The notes under the pieces were generated by a model, which worked only from the letters and a program-made list of their open reading frames with translations, did no database searches and was not told the origin of the DNA. Of a DNA stretch of 64,000 nt, positions 51,153 through 63,747 are shown in pieces. The translations under genes and the position numbers were made by a program. The stretch spans positions 8,028,201 through 8,092,200 of the forward strand of contig NC_092679.1 in assembly GCF_964355755.1 (NCBI RefSeq), written 5' to 3'. Numbering within the stretch: the stretch's first letter is position 1; each line of letters opens with the position of its first letter. This DNA comes from Antedon mediterranea (Eukaryota; Animalia; Echinodermata).

Positions 51153-54100
51153 CGTAAAATGACAGCTAGACGGCATGGACCGGGGGAAGAGGTATTTTGC
51201 TGAAATGACTGGATCCTACTTGCCCCAACCCATGTATCGTCATCCCGGTCCATGCCGTTTATAACGTAATTATAGCCCTATATATCATCCGGTTATATTG
51301 CATTTTTTATAAAAACGTTAAATTGTAGTAACGTTTTAAAATGGCGTAAAATGGCAGCTAGACGGCATGGACCGGGGCAAGTGGTATGTTTCTATAAAGA
51401 CTGGACCCTACTCTCGCCCCAACCCATGTATCGTCATCCCGGTGGTCCATGCCGTTTATAACGTAATTATAGCCCTATAAATCATGCGTTTATATTGCAT
51501 TTTATATTTTTAAAAACGTTAAATTGTAGTAACGTTTTAAAATGGCGTAAAATGACAGCTAGACGACATGGACCGGGACAAGAGGTATTTTGCTGAAATG
51601 ACTGGATCCTACTTGCCCCAACCCATGTATCGTCATCCCGGTCCATGCCGTTTATAACGTAATTATAGCCCTATATATCATCCGGTTATATTGCACTTTT
51701 TATTTTTTTAAACGTAAAATTGTAGTAACGTTTTAAAATGGTGTAAAATGACAGCTAGACGGCATGGACCGGGGCAAGAGGTATTTTTCTGAAACGACTC
51801 GACCCTACTAGCCTCAACCCTGGTATCGTCATTCCGGTCCATGCCGTTTATAACGTAATTATAGCCTTATAAATCATACGGTTATATTACATTTTTTATT
51901 TAAAAAAAAAGTTAAATTGTAGTAACGTCTTAAAATGGCGTAAAATGGCAGCTAGACGGCATGGACCGGGGCAAGTGGTATTTTGCTGAAATGACTGGAT
52001 CCTACTTGCCCCAACCCATGTATCGTCATCCCGGTCCATGCCGTTTATAACGTAATTATAGCCCTATATATCATCCGGTTATATTGCATTTTTTATAAAA
52101 ACGTTAAATTGTAGTAACGTTTTAAAATGGCGTAAAATGGCAGCTAGACGGCATGGACCGGGGGAAGAGGTATTTTGCTGAAATGACTGGATCCTACTTG
52201 CCCCAACCCATGTATCGTCATCCCGGTCCATGCCGTTTATAACGTAATTATAGCCCTATATATCATCCGGTTATATTGCACTTTTTATTTTTTAAAACGT
52301 AAAATTGTAGTAACGTTTTAAAATGGCGTAAAATGACAGCTAGACGGCATGGACCGGGACAAGAGGTATTTTTCTGAAACGACTGGACCCTACTAGCCTC
52401 AACCCATGTATCGTCATCCCGGTCTATGCCGTTCATAACGTAATTATAGCCGTATAAATCATACGGTTATATTACATTTTTTATTTAAAAAAAAAGTTAA
52501 ATTGTAGTAACGTTTTAAAATGGCGTAAAATGGCAGCTAGACGGCATGGACCGGGACAAGTGGTATGTTTCTATAAAGACTGGACCCTACTCGCCCCAAC
52601 CCATGTATCGTCATCCCGGTCTATGCCGTTTATAACGTAATTATAGCCCTATAAATCATGCGTTTATATTGCATTTTATATTTTTAAAAACGTTAAATTG
52701 TAGTAACGTTTTAAAATGGCGTAAAATGACAGCTAGACGGCATGGACCGGGGCAAGAGGTATTTTGCTAAAATGACTGGATCCTACTTTCCCCAACCCAT
52801 GTATCGTCATCCCGGTCCATGCCGTTTATAACGTAATTATAGCCCTATATATCATCCGGTTATATTGCATTTTTTATAAAAACATTAAATTGTAGTAACG
52901 TTTTAAAATGGCGTAAAATGGCAGCTGGACGGCATGGACCGGGACAAGTGGTATTATTTTAAAATGACTGGACCCTACTAGCCCCAACCCATGTATCGTC
53001 ATCCCGGTCCATGCCGTTTTTAACGTAATTATAGTCCTATATATCATCCGTTTATATTGCATTTTTTATAAAAACGTTAAATTGTAGTAACGTTTTAAAA
53101 TGGCGTAAAATGGCAGCTGGACGGCATGGACCGGGACAAGTGGTATTATTCTGAAATGTCTAGACCCTACTCGCCCCAATCCATGTATCGTCGTCCCGGT
53201 CCATGCCGTTTATAACGTAATTATGTCCCTATAAATCATTCGGTTATATAGCATTTTTTATTTTAAAAAACGTTAAATTGTAGTAACGTTTTAAAATGGC
53301 TTAAAATGGCAGCTAGACGGCATGGACCGAGGCAAGTGGTATTTTTCTAAAACGACTGGACCCTACTAGTCCCAACCCATGTATCGTCATCCCGGTCCAT
53401 GCCGTTTATAACGTAATTATAGCCCTATATATCATCCGGTTATATTGCACTTTTTATTTTTAAAAACGTTAAATTGTAGTAACGTTTTAAAATGGCGTAA
53501 AATGACAGCTAGACGGCATGGACCGGGGCAAGAGGTATTTTTCTGAAACGACTGGACCCTACTAGCCTCAACCCATGTATCGTCATCCCGGTCCATGCCG
53601 TTTATAACGTAATTATAGCCTTATAAATCATACGGTTATATTACATTTTTTATTTAAAAAAAAAGTTAAATTGTAGTAACGTTTTAAAATGGCGTAAAAT
53701 GGCAGCTAGACGGCATGGACCGGGGCAAGTGGTATGTTTCTATAATGACTGGACCCTACTCGCCCAAACCATGTATCGTCATCCCGGTCCATGCCGTTTA
53801 TAAAGTAATTATAGCCCTATAAATCATGCGTTTATATTGCATTTTATATTTTTTAAAACGTTAAATTGTAGTAACGTTTTAAAATGGCGTAAAATGACAG
53901 CTAGACGGCATGGACCGGGGGAAGAGGTATTTTGCTGAAATGACTGGATCCTACTTGCCCCAACCCATGTATCGTCATCCCGGTCCATGCCGTTTATAAC
54001 GTAATTATAGCCCTATATATCATCCGGTTATATTGCATTTTTTATAAAAACGTTAAATTGTAGTAACGTTTTAAAATGGCGTAAAATGGCAGCTAGACGG

Positions 54101-57100
54101 CATGGACCGGGGCAAGTGGTATGTTTCTATAAAGACTGGACCCTACTCTCGCCCCAACCCATGTATCGTCATCCCGGTCCATGCCGTTTATAACGTAATT
54201 ATAGCCCTATAAATCATGCGTTTTTATTGCATTTTATATTTTTAAAAACGTTAAATTGTAGTAACGTTTTAAAATGGCGTAAAATGACAGCTAGACGACA
54301 TGGACCGGGGCAAGAGGTATTTTGCTGAAATGACTGGATCCTACTTGCCCCAACCCATGTATCGTCATCCCGGTCCATGCCGTTTATAACGTAATTATAG
54401 CCCTATATATCATCCGGTTATATTGCACTTTTTATTTTTTTAAACGTAAAATTGTAGTAACGTTTTAAAATGGTGTAAAATGACAGCTAGACGGCATGGA
54501 CCGGGGCAAGAGGTATTTTTCTGAAACGACTCGACCCTACTAGCCTCAACCCATGTATCGTCATCCCGGTCCATGCCGTTTATAACGTAATTATAGCCTT
54601 ATAAATCATACGGTTATATTACATTTTTTATTTTAAAAAAAAGTTAAATTGTAGTAACGTTTTAAAATGGCGTAAAATGGCAGCTAGACGGCATGGACCG
54701 GGGCAAGTGGTATTTTGCTGAAATGACTGGATCCTACTTGCCCCAACCCATGTATCGTCATCCCGGTCCATGCCGTTTATAACGTAATTATAGCCCTATA
54801 TATCATCCGGTTATATTGCATTTTTTATAAAAACGTTAAATTGTAGTAACGTTTTAAAATGGCGTAAAATGGCAGCTAGACGGCATGGACCGGGGGAAGA
54901 GGTATTTTGCTGAAATGACTGGATCCTACTTGCCCCAACCCATGTATCGTCATCCCGGTCCATGCCGTTTATAACGTAATTATAGCCCTATATATCATCC
55001 GGTTATATTGCACTTTTTATTTTTAAAAACGTAAAATTGTAGTAACGTTTTAAAATGGCGTAAAATGACAGCTAGACGGCATGGACCGGGGCAAGAGGTA
55101 TTTTTCTGAAATGACTGGACCCTACTAGCCTCAACCCATGTATCGTCATCCCGGTCCATGCCGTTCATAACGTAATTATAGCCTTATAAATCATACGGTT
55201 ATATTACATTTTTTATTTTAAAAAAAAGTTAAATTGTAGTAACGTTTTAAAATGGCGTAAAATGGCAGCTAGACGGCATGGACCGGGGCAAGTGGTATTT
55301 TGCTGAAATGACTGGATCCTACTTGCCCCAACCCATGTATCGTAATCCCGGTCCATGCCGTTTATAACGTAATTATAGCCCTATAAATCATGCGTTTATA
55401 TTGCATTTTATATTTTTAAAAACGTTAAATTGTAGTAACGTTTTAAAATGGCGTAAAATGACAGCTAGACGGCATGGACCGGAGCAAGAGGTATTTTGCT
55501 GAAATGACTGGATCCTACTTTCCCCAACCCATGTATCGTCATCCCGGTCCATGCCGTTTATAACGTAATTATAGCCCTATATATCATCCGGTTATATTGC
55601 ATTTTTTATAAAAACATTAAATTGTAGTAACGTTTTAAAATGGCGTAAAATGACAGCTAGACGGCATGGACCGGGGCAAGAGGTATTTTTCTGAAATTAC
55701 TGGACCCTACTAGCCCCAACCCATGTATGGTCATTCCGGTCCATGCCGTTTATAACGTAATTATAGTCCTATATATCATCCGTTTATATTGCATTTTTTA
55801 TAAAAACGTTAAATTGTAGTAACGTTTTAAAATGGCGTAAAATGGCAGCTGGACGGCATAGACCGGGACAAGTGGTATTATTCTAAAATGACTAGACCCT
55901 ACTCGCCCCAATCCATGTATCGTCGTCCCGGTCCATGCCGTTTATAACGTAATTATATCCCTATAAATCATTCGGTTATATTGCATTTTTTATTTTAAAA
56001 AACGTTAAATTGTAGTAACGTTTTAAAATGGCGTAAAATGGCAGCTAGACGGCATGGACCGAGGCAAGTGGTATTTTTCTAAAACGACTGGACCCTACTA
56101 GTCCCAACCCATGTATCGTCATCCCGGTCCATGCCGTTTATAATGTAATTATAGCCATATATATCATCCGGTTATATTGCATTTTTTTTTTTTTTAAACG
56201 TTAAATTGTAGTAACGTTTTAAAATGGCGTAAAATGGCAGCTAGACGGCATGGACCGGGTCAAGTGGTATTTTTCTGAAGCGACTGAACCCTACTAGCCC
56301 CAACCCATGTATCGTCATCCCGGTCCATGCTGTTTATAACGTAATTATATCCCTATAAACATTCGGTTATATTGCATTTTTTATAAAAAAAACTTAAATT
56401 GTAGTAACGTTTTAAAATGTCGTAAAATGACAGCTAGACGGCATGGACCGGGGCAAGAGGTATTTTTCTGAAATGACTGGACCCGACTCGCCCCAACCCA
56501 TGTATCGTCATCCCGGTCCATGCCGTTTATAACGTAATTATAGCCCTATCATCCGGTTATATTGCATTTTTTATTTAAAAAAACGTTAAATTGTAGTAAC
56601 GTTTTAAAATGGCGTAAAATGACAGTTATACGGCATGGACCGGGGCAAGTGGTATTTTTCTTAAACGACTGGACCCTAATAGCCCCAACCCATGTATCGT
56701 CATCCCGGTCCATGCCGTTTATAACGTATTTATAGCCCTATAAATCATGCGGTTATATTGCATTTTTTATTTTAAAAAACGTTAAATTGTACTAACCTTT
56801 TAAAATGGCGTAAAATGACAGCTAGACGGCATGGACCGGGACAAGTGGTATTTTTCTGAAATGACTGGACCCTACTCGCACCAACCCATGTATTGTCATC
56901 CCGGTCCATGCCGTTTATAACGTAATGATATCCCTATATATCATCCGGTTATATTGCATTTTTTATTTTAAAAAACGTTAAATTGTTGTAACGTTTTAAA
57001 ATGGCGTAAAATGACAGCTAGACGGCATGGACCGGGGGCAAGAGGTTTTTTTCTGAAATGACTGGACCCTACTCGCCCCAACCCATGTATCGTCATCCCG

Positions 57101-57363
57101 GTCCATGCCGTTTTATAACGACAACGTGATTATAGCCCCATATATCATCCGGTTATATTGCATTTTTTCTTTTAAAAAACGTTAAATTGTAGTAACGTTT
57201 TAAAATGGTGTAAAATGGCAGCTAGACGGCATGGACCGGGGTATTTTTATTCAAGTGGTATTTTTCTGAAATGACTGGACCCTACTTGCCCCAACCCATG
57301 TATCGTCATCCCGGTCCATGCCGTTTATAACGTAATTATAGCCCTATATATCATCCGGTTATA
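51153..57363. repeat. Satellite 2, ~195-bp unit, ~32 copies, each with an internal inverted repeat
   Basis: ACGGCATGGACCGGG ... CCCGGTCCATGCCGT in essentially every unit; diagnostic variants recur at ~2.73 kb. Confidence 0.97.
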
Positions 57364-57519
57364 CAAGTATTACATTTTTCGTGGCGCTATAGTATCTTTG
57401 GTTATAAAAGTTCTTCTTTGTTTACTTTACTATTACTAAATACTACTCTTCACTCTCTGCTGCTGCTGCTCACGCTAACTTACTCGAGCCTGTGAGAAAA
57501 AAGTTTGATAAAAATCAGC

Positions 57520-60500
57520 ATGCCTACCGATCTTGAACTACTCACTGAAATGGGATTTTCTGAAAATAGATCGTAAGTATCACATATTTAGTTAGTTATT
57601 AGTTAAAGATCCTAATTCCGTCTGGCTAGGCTATCTAGAAATATAATGATCAGCAGAGAGTTCTATAAGGGTTGTCAGACGATCGGGACCACGGACGATC
57701 GGGCCCAAGACGATCAGGCTTAGAAAATGTGGTCCCGATCGTCTCATGCGTTCGCCGATCGTCTCATGTGTTGAGAACCATTTTGGTCCCGATCGTCTCA
57801 TTCGCTGGGCGAATTAAAACTGTGTGTTGTTATGTAAAAATTTGAATTGATTATTATTACTGTATGTTCAAATAAATTAATATATTAAACTAACATTTTA
57901 CTATTGATACCGGGCGGTTTTCGTTAACTTTTGAGAATAAAAATTTACAAATTCATCATCATATAATATTAATAACATGCATGTAGGCCTAGCTAGGCCT
58001 AGGCCTAGACCTAGTTTGGTTAAGTTAATACCTCAATGATCTATAAAATCGCTCTTAGGCCTAGTAGGTAGTAGGTTAAGTAGTGATTCTGATTTAGGGT
58101 TGGTTGATATTCTTTAAAAACAGCACATTATCAGCAGTAACATGTTACAGCATTTTTATTGACAAAATGTATTGAAATTAAACGTGTATTTCAATAATTA
58201 AATGCATTAAAAAAAAGTAGATGCGTTCCACAAAATTTTTAATCCTCTATTATAGTTACTTTTTTGGAGCTCCATAGAAACAGAAATATTGAACATCGAA
58301 ATTCACGAACAGTATGCAAGAAACACATCTGTAAAATCATCAATTTAAAGGATTTATTTGTTAATTTATATGCGATTCTTTTTCATAAAAGTACTTATGA
58401 GGCTATATTTATTCTAGGTAGATATCTTGACACATATTTATTTTTATATTTTATAGTCGAAGAGCTCTTGCAACAACCAAATACAAAGGTGCTCAAGTAG
58501 CAATGGATTGGTATGGTCACTTTGATCTATTGATTGAATATTATTATTAAAACAGTTGCTGTCATTTTATTTTATTCATTAATTGTACTACTACTACAGT
58601 ACTATTACAATTCCTATTTAATTTTTTCTTATTTTGTTATAGATAGTAGAGGAATTTAATATAATATAAACTACAGTAGCAACACAGTAAAGGATATACT
58701 GTAATGTCTCATTGAATACAAACAATCATAACGCACATAACCAAATTAATGTTTTTGTATTAATTGTACAGGTTATTTGCCCATGCAGATGACCCAGATA
58801 TAGATGATCCATTTGAAGAGGCCCCTGGCCAGAAATTATCAGATGAACCTGCTGCAGAAGGTACTATTAAAAAATGCTTTGTTTTTTCTTGGGGAAAAAT
58901 CTTTATTAAGGGCTTTTGTAAACAATTTTAAAAAAGAATAAGAGGGAAAACTATGACTGTGATTTTGAGTATTATAAGTGGGTAAATGCCATTACAATAC
59001 AATTATTAAAATTAAATACTATAAAAAACAATTAACATTTTGTTGATTTTTCTGAAGGTGATAACAAGACTGAAACTGCTGAAGCAAAGTCTGTTCAATG
59101 TGATGAGTAAGATGATATATGTTTAAATATTAAATATAAAATTAAAAATGATTGTGTGGTGTTCCCTTTAGTTCCCCTTTTCTCATACTTCTCTCTCCCC
59201 CTAATTTTTAGAGACATCATTTTGGAATTATTAGAATCTGTGACAAGGATGATTTAGAAATTATGATATAATTGATGACTAAATAAATGTGGAATAAATG
59301 AAATGAAATAAGCTTATTTTTATAATATTTTTATAAAATAATTCATACTTGAATTGATCACTATTTTATTTTCGTTTTTAGATGTGGCAAAAAGTTGAGA
59401 ACACAAAATGATATAATGGTAAATAAATATATATTTAACCCTATTTACAGACCTATTATCATCAGGTCCATCATTTGTTTTGTGTATTCCTAATTTAGAA
59501 AATGTTTTTGTGTTCTATTGACAATTTTTATTTATATATAATATATTAGATGCATGCTTCACGAACAGGTCATTCTGGTTTCTCGGAATCTACAGAAGAA
59601 ATTAAACCATTAACAGAAGAAGAGAAAAAAGAACAGCTTGCAAAGTAAGAATACTAAGAAATAAATACAGTCGATTTCGCCGAAGTTGAATCTAATGGGA
59701 CTGGTATAAAAAGTTATGTGAACTTCCACTTACAGATTTGTAAAAAAATGCTAGGCCTAGGCTTGCATATCAACCCCCCACACGCTGAGCCTTGAATTGA
59801 GTTTGCTTAGCTAGGCCTAATAAATGCTAAGCCTCCTTTATAGGTAATGTGTATTGTATTTTCTTTATGGTATAAGCCGTAACAATATTAAGAAAACGTA
59901 TAATAAATACATTTTGGTTTTTATTCACAATTGGTATCCATTGTTTATTGCCATCTGTCTAGCACAAAATGGGTACCCACAAAACACCGCTCAAACAAAC
60001 TCACAGAGTACTCTACAAATACTAGCATGACTTATAGGACGCTGCCTATGCTATACAACCTGCTTGAGAGGTTCCACATTGTCACCTCTGTTTGTTTATC
60101 GAATTACAAATCTTTCGTCTGCTTTTTTAGTGTGTTGTTGCCGCGTGATTTGTATACGACTTATACAATAAATTATAAATCACTAAAGAATGTGTATATT
60201 TGGACCACAAAAAAGACGTTGACTTATATGAATGTCGACTTGGAAAAATTCGACTTAAAAATAAAAATTACACGGTAATGTATTAGAAAGAATTGGGACT
60301 TTCATAAAAATTTGACTTGAAGGTGGAATGGAAAGGTATCCCTGAATTGGAGGCCACCATTTAATTTACAAACAAAAAACACTGAATGGTTTAATGTCAA
60401 TTACATTCCAAATGCTTCTCTGGTGTTTGCCTCCCTTTTAACATTAAAGTTTCGTTTTTAGGATTCAGGAACGTTTGAAACAAAAGAAAGCAGAAAGAAT

Positions 60501-62934
60501 AGAACAAGAAAAGAAAGAGTTGGTACAAAAAGAAAAGTTAAGACGAAAACAAGGAAAAGAATTGGTTGCAGTCAAAGAACAGTAAGTAATATAATGTATA
60601 CATTGAGTACAGTATGGTTAAATATTGCAAACTTGTATTTGAAGTCATGCTACTGTGCAGTAGCCTATTTCATATAATTAGTTCTGTTTTTTCAGACATG
60701 AAATGAATGAGATGAAAAGAGAAGCAGAACGTAAGAAACGAGAAAAATTGGAGGAAAAGAAAGCAAAGTAAGTTCAAACAAAATACCAAGGAGCTAAATT
60801 ATGGAATTCAATCCATGTAGATATTAAAAATGCATCTACAACTTCTAAATTTAAATTAGTATATAAGAATTGTTTACTTTCAAGATATGATGAACGTTAA
60901 ATATATAAATTCTATAAGACCAGTTGAGATCGGATAATATGATAAATAGAAATTGTAGCTTTTTTTATTATTATTTATTATTAGTTTATGTATATATATA
61001 TTTTTCTTTTTCGTATTCATATTTATTAATGTTATATCTTGAGGTGGGTCAAACTTAAAAGTCTTTCTGACTTATATGACTCTCCCCCTACATGAATACT
61101 TCATTGCATTTATTATACTGTATGTATGTTATAATATTGTGGAAATTAAAATGATTTGATTTGTTTATTGATTAACATGAATATCTTATGTTTCCGTTCA
61201 CATTGTAGTCTTTATAATGTATGTCCATTAAAACATTTTTTAACCATTGTACACCGACACAAATATCAATATCATTTCTTCCCGTAATATGTACTATTGT
61301 GTCTCAACATCTTCAGAGAACGAGTGAGAGAGCAAATTGCAAGGGATAAAGCAGACAGAGCAGCAAAGTTTGCCAAAACAGCTGTACCTCCTCCTTCCAT
61401 TCCTGCTGCAGCGTCTAAGCCAACTGAAGTTCAGAAAAAGGAATATACACAAACTAAATTACAGGTAAGAGATATCACTTTAATATGTATATGACCACCT
61501 AATTAAGGCTAAATCCATTTCTAATGTAATCCCACTATGACCCTTAACTTTCGCCAAATTTGTAACCAGACGCTCTGAGACTATACTCAATCATCAAGCA
61601 TTCCAAACTGTAACTAGATTTGAACTTGTCACTTTGATGAGTTAGTTATCCGCACAACAACAACAACGCCATGTGCACGTACACTAGAAAATGCGAACAG
61701 AAAAAGATTACAGCACTTATGACCTGATAATAATATGTTGGTGCTAAATTCTGTCTATTTTGTGCCTTAGTATAATACTGTTATATATCTACATACAGGC
61801 AACTTGTCAAGCAACAAAGTTACATGAATTCATATCTACAACTCATTAGCTTTCAAAATAAGTTGAAAAAATGGTGGGTCAACGGTCTTCCTGAAGTGCT
61901 ATAATAGATTTAAAATAGGCATATTTTTTCATAAATTTGCATTGAATTTGCAATTTTTAAGCGCACATGCGTCATTATTCTGCAATTAAAATTCATAAAA
62001 ATGAATGAAATCTATCATAAAAGGTATGAAGAACAAAAATCAATTGCAAAAACGGCCTTTCTATGCCATGTACACGCTATGTGCATGCATGCGTATGCGC
62101 AAGGCCAAAAAAAATAGAAAATTATGAAATGCTCAAAATGTCCTGAAATGTATAGAAAGTTGATTCTTGATATGAATTTAATTTTCACCAAGTGTCAATT
62201 CAAAATTACTTCTGGTTTTTAATCTATGATAAATCATTTAAATTCATAAAATCGTGCGCAACTCTGACGTTTTTCAAAAATAGGAGGTGCACAACTTCAC
62301 CTAAATGTCAATATGTTAAAGTTACGAAATGTTATGTTTTCGCATTTTAAAGAAACGCGACGGGTGGAAAGAAAGACGAATAATACAGAAAAAAACAATT
62401 TGATGATGATCTCATACAATTACAAGGAGTTATCCGTCAAGGTGCGGATAACTAATTAAGCTTGACACTAATTTTAACGACACAAGGCACTGAGAAAAGC
62501 TAAGTTTTTTTTACCTATAGATACGTCTAACAGATGGCAGCACACTGACAAATTCATTTGAAGCTAAAGAACCTTTAGCTGCTGTAAGAGTTTATATTGA
62601 AGTTAACAGGAAAGATAGCAAAGCACCCTTTTCATTAATGACACCATTTCCAAGAAAAGTATTTACTGATGAGGATATGACTAAACCTTTACATCAACTA
62701 GGTAAGATGTGGAAGCGGCACTAACTTATGTCTTCTTTTCACAATTTTTCTGGTTGTTATGGATGATTTCGTGGATTACCCAAATCACCAAAATGAAATC
62801 CTGTAGGTGATTTTCTGCTAAAAAATAACCACTTTAAATAATTCAATAAATGACTAATATGCACTCACTTTTTTTATTTTAATATAGGTCTTGTTCCAAG
62901 TGCTGTGCTGACATTAACTAAGCCACAGTTATGA
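57520..62934 (+). CDS. UBXN1: UBX domain protein 1 (UBA, C2H2-like finger, coiled coil, UBX); 11 exons (57520-57572, 58457-58510, 58772-58861, 59058-59106, 59382-59418, 59550-59644, 60462-60581, 60696-60767, 61317-61464, 62521-62701, 62888-62934)
   Basis: LTEMGFSENRSRRAL...AMDWLFAH (UBA), CDECGK...HASRTGH, FSESTEEIKPLTEEEK, RVREQIARDKADR, IRLTDGS...TPFPRKVF...LGLVPSAVL (UBX). Confidence 0.92.
57669..57812. mobile_element. Transposon end fragment with GACGATCGGG subrepeats in UBXN1 intron 1
   Basis: Direct and inverted copies of GACGATCGGGAC / GTCCCGATCGTC. Confidence 0.5.
59668..60322. mobile_element. Truncated Tc1/pogo-like MITE
   Basis: TA|CAGTCGATTTCGCCGAAGTTGAA left end; (T/G)TCGACTT and TGGGACT subterminal motifs at the right; the terminal right TIR is missing. 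Confidence 0.45.
61612..62459 (-). mobile_element. HINE family B, second (shorter) copy in UBXN1 intron 9
   Basis: Reverse-complement termini of 21163-22660 (AACTAG...AGTTATCCGCAC ... GTGCGGATAACTAA). Confidence 0.8.
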
Positions 62935-63039
62935 TGTTGATGAACAACAACAGTCACTACTTTAATTTTGATATAGGTCTTGTTCCAAGTGCTGTGCTGA
63001 CATTAACTAAGCCACAGTTATGATGTTGATGAACAACAA
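62865..63039 (+). repeat. 89-bp tandem duplication of the entire terminal coding exon of UBXN1 with its acceptor
   Basis: Identical ATATAG|GTCTTGTTCCAAGT...TTATGATGTTGATGAACAACAA at 62882 and 62971. Confidence 0.95.
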
Positions 63040-63747
63040 AAATATTACTGTGAAAATCATAATCTAATATTTAAATGTATTCCACAAAGACTAAATATAT
63101 AATGTTCATGATGATTCACTGATAATAAGCAAAGTTAGATACATTTGTATTTTCTTCTAGTAACTGTTTATGAATAATTGTTTTTTAAAGAAAATATTAA
63201 TGACATCGATAACAATTCTGTTTTGTTTATTTTATTGAAAATGATTATTAAAGTAATTTATATGGAGACATTTTATGTATCCTCTGTTCCAAGCAGGCAG
63301 GCAACAATTTGTTGACTAGGTTGTGCCCACAGATGGTTCTCGTCAGTCATGTCAGCATTAAAAAAAACTGGCGATTTCAAATGTCATGTCATTTACAGGA
63401 AAAAATAGACACGGTGATTCGTATGTAGTCAAAAAAAAACCTATAGAACGTTTTAACCAACTTTATATACCATGGAGTAAAAATTCTATAACGCGCGATT
63501 TACCGAATTTTGCCCTTACGTAAATTTTTATGTAGATGTAATAACCTTCTAGGCCGACAAAAATAAAATATACCTTTGCATTTATTTTTTTTTATTTTTC
63601 TCCTTATGAAATAATATATACATATGTATTGCAACTGCAAAATTTGGCCTCAAAACTTTACTTGATCCAAAAGTATTGTTTATTGTTATCTGATTTTATT
63701 CATTGAAGGGTTTTAATAATATAGTAATGAGCCATGAGTAAAGATCG

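Noticed and set aside
51170-51260. HDV-like or hammerhead ribozyme in the satellite 2 unit (CGGCATGG.. and CTGAAATGA)
   Set aside because: No consistent nested double pseudoknot could be built, and CTGAAATGA does not fit CUGANGA with a downstream GAAA stem.
46778-57363. CRISPR array or tandem RNA gene cluster
   Set aside because: Whole units are repeated. No recognisable tRNA, 5S, snRNA or SL RNA sequence.
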